Under the pieces are notes generated by a model that was not told the origin of the DNA, did no database searches, and worked only from the letters and a program-made list of their open reading frames with translations. A program made the translations under genes and the position numbers. A stretch of 59,007 nt of DNA, the filler included, from Platydemus manokwari (lineage: Eukaryota), in NCBI GenBank assembly GCA_037951405.1. It is 6 parts of 6 records of this genome, joined end to end, with 100 filler letters (N's around TTAATTAATTAA, not from the genome) between each part and the next. Parts side by side here need not be neighbours in the genome. Positions count along the whole stretch, not along the records: positions 49,447 to 59,007 come from JBBMOY011232097.1; 5 more parts are not named here. One strand, given 5' to 3'. Positions 52,721 to 59,007 of the stretch are shown here, piece by piece (positions within the stretch are counted from its first letter, which is position 1; each line of letters opens with the position of its first letter).

Positions 52721-55700
52721 AACTATTAATCTGTGAAGTTTCAGATATTGGTGGAAACATCAATCTCTAACTCACGGTATCTCATCTAATAACATAGTAA
52801 ATTATCGATTGAAAAATCGCTGATTTATTATTAATTAATCACCAAACAGGTTTCCATCAATATCAACTATATGAAGGCAACCAGTTTGATTTTAAAATTT
52901 TGTAGATAAATTTATATAAGTTGGAATCTACAGATGAATGGTCATAGAAAATAAGAAGATGTGAGACTACCGTTGTGCTTTTAATAGAGGTATTCAAAAA
53001 ATTTGTCCATCATAATATTTTCATTTGTGATTGCAATAACTATTTGTATTTATAATAAATTAGTTTTGAAAGTTCTCCTGAAATTAGTAGTATGTACACG
53101 ATTAAAACGATTTCAGCTGCATGTGTATTTATCTTTTATATGTATATTAATATTAATATATTCAGATAACATTAGCTCTTACCAAAATGTTGGTAGTCAA
53201 TGAAAATTTTAATGTAACTCGAAAGTTTCCAGATGACTAACAAAAATAATCCGTACTGTTAAATGTCTATTTTTGAATTATTTTAAATATTTGGCTTGGG
53301 ATTTAATGCACGGTAGAATTATTTTCAAATAAATTTTCTTTATGAGTTAGTGTTTTAATTCAATAAGTGATTTTATTCGTGCTTTGTTAAATTCATTATA
53401 CGGGAATGTAAAATATATTTAACTATGTTCATGAAATTATTTATTTGTATTATTTTGTTTAAATTATCTAATATAATTTTAATAAAAAAATAATTCACAG
53501 AAATAATGAAATAAGTCACAGTACCATCTGTTTATTCAGCCATAAGTATATATTTATGAATATGCTTTATTCTCAATTGGATGCCATGTTAGCAAAACTA
53601 GTATTAAAATATTTAATTTTGAGAACTGCAATTGATCAATCTCTGTTTTATCCACTTCTGTGAGTATGAGTTTGATTAGAATGAATTTTCTGCATTGTCG
53701 TGGTTTTTGATTGGTTATTGGGTATCTTTCTAGGAATGTGTGTATCTCATTAGCCTAAACAAAGGTATTAAAGGCCAAAGAGTCATCATTTTTTGTATTA
53801 TTCTTGTTTTAAAGAAATGTTTTAAAGAATCATTAAATTAAAAGAAAAAAAATATATCTCGTTTAGTAAATATCACCGTCAAACAGAACGCTGACTGCAT
53901 GAATGACGAAGTTATTGTTTGCAAATTTCAGTTAACATCATCTACAATATCTCTGACTGTTTCGACAATTTGATTTCAAGCCAGGCTAAAACGAAATTGT
54001 GAGAGAATTAATAAATTGAGTGAGAATTAACCGATAATGAAATATAAGACGAAATTCATTCAACAAATAATCGAACTTTATCATTCAGTAATTACAGAAA
54101 TAAGATTAAAGATTACATCGTACCAATACATGAATATTATTTTTTTAGATTCGTATTTGAATACGGAAAATTTAAATATCTCGATATCGTATTAGTGAGC
54201 TGAATTGTTTTTTTTAAATAATGAGTGATGATTGTAACGAATTGATTTAGAGAATTAGATGTTGTGTTTCTGGATGTCAAAAAAGATTTTGCGTGTAAAT
54301 TAGAAATTGTATGTCAACAGAAAATAACATCATAAAGTTGTTGTATTGAGCCAATGTGTTTAGAAATTGTAGACAGAAAAAGTCTAGAAAAGATACTCAT
54401 GCAGGTCTCGACAAATTATATAGAAAGTCTGGAAGAGTTCATCTGAAACTGATTATTATTAATTAACAAATAAATGTGTAAGATGAATATCAAATAAAAA
54501 CAATTATTATAATTTACAGTAAAAAATTTTTCAAATTCTATTTCAAATAATAATATAAAATTTATAATTCGATGTTTTCCTGGTTTGAAATGTGTATTAT
54601 ATTTGATGTCCAACATTTAAAAAAATATGCAATAATAACTTTTGTCGATGAAATGTATGATATGATTTAGCCATTACACAATAATCTTTGCAATCAATGA
54701 ACAGTGCAGTTAGTATATTAAAACTAGCTAAAATGTTAAATTATATTGAAATAATTAAAAATATTTTTAAGATTTTAACAAGATTAAAATTATCATTTCA
54801 TTATTAAATTATTCGTTTTAGTTTTAATTCATTTAAAAATCCTCACATTTAATGAACAATATTTAACGTAATTTAACAAATAAAATATCGATACATACGT
54901 GTTGTTAAACATCCTTATTTTTATAAATTTCATAATTGTTAATTCATAAACATAAAATTATGTTTTTTATTTCTCGATCGTGAATTTCTTTTGCTTAATG
55001 ATTATCGTGCGTATATCGAATTTAAACAACTCTGAACAATCAAAACCAATGGTAAACAATATTAAACAGCTGAAATAAAACAAATCTAAAATCAAATATA
55101 AACTTCTTATCACTAATTCATAGTCATTAAGCAAATTGAGACAATAATATTACGATAAATAATCAACTAACGATAAAGAGTAATCATTCAAATACAACTC
55201 TTATTCCAACATTATTTCTACAATAAAAATCTATAAATTAGAATAACAACTTAAAAAGCTCAGGCTAATAATAATATTTATTCAGTATATATCGTCACCA
55301 TTTGACAAGAACAAGCTTTAAGGTCGATTTAATTGTTATGATTACCTTTCATTGGATAAATACTTTTACCGGATACGATTTATATCTTACAAAGTCTATT
55401 GAAATAGTTTCAGCAATTATAAATGTTCAGAGTTCAAATAGGTTTGATGAACTATAAAGAAAAACACCAACAAAGGTAATAAACATCGAGATACAAGAGA
55501 ATGCCTTCGTGTATTTCTAACGAATGAAAGGCAAAGATTCAAGACAAGTCAACAAACACGAAAGCCTGTAAAAGGAGTCGACTCTCGATGGTAATTACCA
55601 ATCTTTTATGTATCTTTATGAAGGGATTTGTTAATTTATTTAACAATGTTTACAGAAAGTAACAAATTACATAAATGCGAATTATTCCCTAAAATCGTCC

Positions 55701-55819
55701 TTTAAATTTAGAACTCAACAATTCTACTTGCTACTGGTAAAATTTTAAATTTCTTAATCAATAAATTCATCAATATCTACATCGTCACAAATATCACCAA
55801 GATATTCTAATTTTTTATC

Positions 55820-56200
55820 TTCGTCATTATCTTCACTAAGTACAATGTTTAGAGCTAAACTGGGATCTGGTAGCTCTTAATTGTGAAATAGTGATCTCAA
55901 ATTCAATAGCAGCTATAGATTTAGAGTTTTCAGAAATGTTTCTCATATAAAAATAGAACAGAAAGCATAATCTTTAGATTCTCTTCAAATAATAGGAACT
56001 CCTAAACCTATATGCCGAGTAACAACGGATCATCCAGTGAGAAGTCGAAATTTTGTACCATAATAAATATAAGGACTACAGGCTTTGTTTGGGTCTCCAG
56101 ATTTGCATCCAAAGCATAGTTCATAGCACTTCTTAGTGAGATAAGCAGAGTCTTTTCTTTGGAATATAGATATCACTTCATCACGAGTACAGTTGAACAA
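55820..56200 (-). mobile_element. Chapaev3 (CMC) transposase N-terminal relic
   Basis: KKCYELCFGCKSGDPNKACSPY...LGVPII*RESKD...HN*ELPDP matches the pattern Y..YFG...GDQDK.WAPH...FAVP.IWREP.DH as recalled for Chapaev3. Confidence 0.7.
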
Positions 56201-57941
56201 ATCTAATTGATTAATACAATGGAGTTTTTTCAGAAGTCTAAATTACAAAGCTACACTCGAAATTACTGGAGAAAACAGCGCATTTGGTAAGCATAAACTA
56301 CTCAATCTATCTCTTGTTATGTTTTCTCCTATTCAGTCAACATTTCAAACCCAGGTCCTGTGAATCCGTGCGTGAGAGAAAATATCCATAACGAAGCCTG
56401 AACCCAGAACAATAAATGTACACTGATCACTCAATTTTATTCAATGGACCATAACCCATAACAATCGTTTCGAATGCATATCTAAATTTTTTAGAATAAC
56501 TCTAAATTTCACATTAGTCAAAAATAATTGAGAGTATAGCGATATAAAAATTTAATCAAAGATTAATGAAGGCAAATAAATCAATGTTTCTTTTTTTACA
56601 CAAGATCAAATTTGACTGATTTAAATGCTGTGAAGAGCGGCATGACTATTTGATGAGAAAACTATCAAACCAATAGAAAACGGACAGATAATTAATGATT
56701 ACTTAAATTACACTTAAATCAACTCATATTCATATAGAATAGTTGAAACAAGCAGCTATTTTAATTTATTTTATAAAATAATAATGTATTTGTTTTTAGA
56801 ATAAAATTTGGAACAAAAATATATCAATATTAGAAAGTTAATTTTATTTAGCGAAAAATTGTAATAATCTTTTAGAAATAAAACATGAAATCATTAATTG
56901 TTATTTCTACGACGTTATAAATTGAATATTATGATTAATCGAGCTATAATTTTTTGGATAAATTAAAAATGGAGCTTGTTTAAATAATTTCTTTATCTAA
57001 TTTTAGTATCAATTTAATATCATTTCCATTGGTTCATAAAAATGAAATTGAATTAGATGGAAACCATATTTATCACCAAAAGTCAGGTTTCTAATTAACA
57101 TGAAATTGATATTAAACAAAATATATTAATTACAATTTTATTACACAAAACATAACTTTTCTATTATTTTAAAAACATTTCAACATTAAAATTTGACTTT
57201 AAGGATACTATTACAAATATTTTCTAACGCATATAAAGTTTAAGTGCTTTTGAAAACAAATACAACATCAATAATATCATATTTAATCGTCTATTAAGAA
57301 AAAATTGTTTAAGCCAAACGTTATTCAAATTTAATATTACAATAACAATTTATTCAGGATTGATTCAAAATAAAATTATTTAATATTTATTATCCACTCA
57401 TTATTGTAAGTAGACTAAAACGAGGAACATAAAATGTATTTTTGGAATTGTAGAGGGTACAAAATTCTCTGAGGAAAAGAAAATGTAACAATTGGTCAGT
57501 TTAAAACTTATTTTATAAGTATGATGTGCTTATTTTTTAACTGAATGATTAACTTTAAATTTGTTAAACCTTACTCTTAAGTAAACTAGTCTCCAAGAAC
57601 TAGAACTTTAAGGAGAAGCTATTTTTAAACAAGAATTATTAATGTAAATTTAGTCAAGACAATTTTTATTATATACTTGATCAAAAATATTGAGTTTCTT
57701 TTATTATTAATGAAAAATTTTACTGTTAAAATTATTATTATTTTAAATATTTTGCTATATATTTTCCAGCTTATATTGAAAATTTGTAATTTTTAGTTAA
57801 ACCTGATTTTAAAATCTTTAATTAATATATTATCAAAATAGATTTTCGTTTTAATTAATTGTGCTTAAAAAATAACTTCAAAATCTGAACTAATTACGGC
57901 CAACAAACGAAAACCCAATGAAATTGTTGCCCCGTTTCCTA

Positions 57942-59007
57942 GTAAATGCTTTTGTTAAATTTCAATAGAAAACTCATAACGAGTCTTGAAATGAAAATTA
58001 TCATTATCAAAAAATATGTATCGCATCAAATTATCCACTTCACATTTTACAAAGAGAATTTTTCATTTGCAAATTCGTCGACTTAATTTTACAAAAATCA
58101 ACTTGGCCAGTTGAAATTTAATAAAAAATCTTTCAAAAACAAAGTGTTTATCATTTGAGTTATTGTTTATTTTTCCATTATCATTTTTTAATTATTTTAA
58201 TTATAAAAATATACAAACATATCTTTTTACACAAAACTGAGCACTTGTTAATAACTGTCATGTAAGTCACTAAAGCAAACAAAATATTCACGGAAATGAC
58301 CATGGAAATAACCATCAAAGAGTAGATACATATAGATTCGGTAAGCGCAAGTGCCAAATGCCAACCAGATTCCTTCTATATATCAATCCATACATTTAGA
58401 ATTCAGTAATCAACTAGCGCATAACAACAAATGACAACAAACACCGATATTCGCCAATCGCACCTAAGATGTAAGAGAAATTTGTTAACTGACCGACGTA
58501 TGAACGACTATATCGAATGAAAAGTGAAGCTCTGAGACATCAATTGAACACACACGAAGAGCTTATAAAAGGAGTTGGATTTTATGAGCAACTGCCGGTC
58601 TTTTTAGGCGGTAACTGTCATATAGGGTGACTTACGTGATTTTTCTGACAACCAATCTTCGTGGTTGTCTTCTGTTTTGTGTTCAACTTTCAGAATGCTG
58701 AAGTCATCTTGAGTGATATATATTATTGGATTATTGTGATTTCTAATTGTATTTGGTGATTAGTTGAATTTATAATTCATGTGATTAAAATTATTATTTT
58801 CAAAATTCAAGGTCAGTCGCCTTATATAATCTAACATAACCATTATTAAGTGAATTAAATTTATATTACAAGTGAGATTGTTACTCTTATTTTTATTTTT
58901 GAATTGTCAAGGTATCTAGTGATTATAAATGTAAATGCTTTTGTTAAATTTCAATAGAAAACTCATAACGAGTCTTGAAATGAAAATTATCATTATCAAA
59001 AAATATG
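57942..59007 (+). repeat. Apparent 989-bp repeat unit (57942-58930) plus the start of a next copy
   Basis: 58931-59007 is identical to 57942-58018 (77/77), then the sequence ends. Confidence 0.75.
58542..58669 (+). ncRNA. Candidate Sm-class snRNA with U1/U11-like cloverleaf topology, family unassigned
   Basis: Closing helix CACG/CGUG encloses three hairpins, each with a G-U pair; then AUUUUUCUG and a perfect 8-bp hairpin with an AUCUUCG loop; PSE-like CTGACCG at 58489. Confidence 0.5.

Noticed and set aside
58524-58700. RNase P RNA (GAAGCTCTGAGAC resembles CR-I; TTCAGA resembles CR-V) or U3 snoRNA
   Set aside because: P4 pairing is imperfect, the CR-V consensus is missing and the spacing is short; U3 boxes C and D are not in the expected arrangement.

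Overview
AT-rich eukaryotic, probably metazoan, DNA with many 40-60 nt GT-AG introns and heavy transposon decay. It resembles triclad flatworm genomes, but that taxon guess is inference only. The window is six ~9-10 kb pieces joined by artificial 100-nt N44-TTAATTAATTAA-N44 linkers, so adjacency across linkers is not established. Host genes: a complete spliced RRP6/EXOSC10 (+), a 5'-truncated UBXN11 (-), a partial ATM-like PIKK (-, one 4.56-kb exon, kinase domain outside the piece), and two convergent two-exon paralogues encoding small secreted CX3CX6C...CX6CX3C peptides. Mobile DNA: two degenerate R2/NeSL-group non-LTR elements (one with a Ulp1-type peptidase), RTE and possible HERO fragments, Ty3/gypsy relics, MULE and Chapaev3 relics, mariner/Tc1 ends at contig breaks, and a TGT..ACA MITE with a 4-bp TSD. 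The most unusual signal is a ~128-nt candidate Sm-class RNA at 58542-58669. It has U1/U11-like cloverleaf topology but a non-canonical 5' end, and lies in an apparent 989-bp repeat unit. All folds, splice models and family calls were made by eye.
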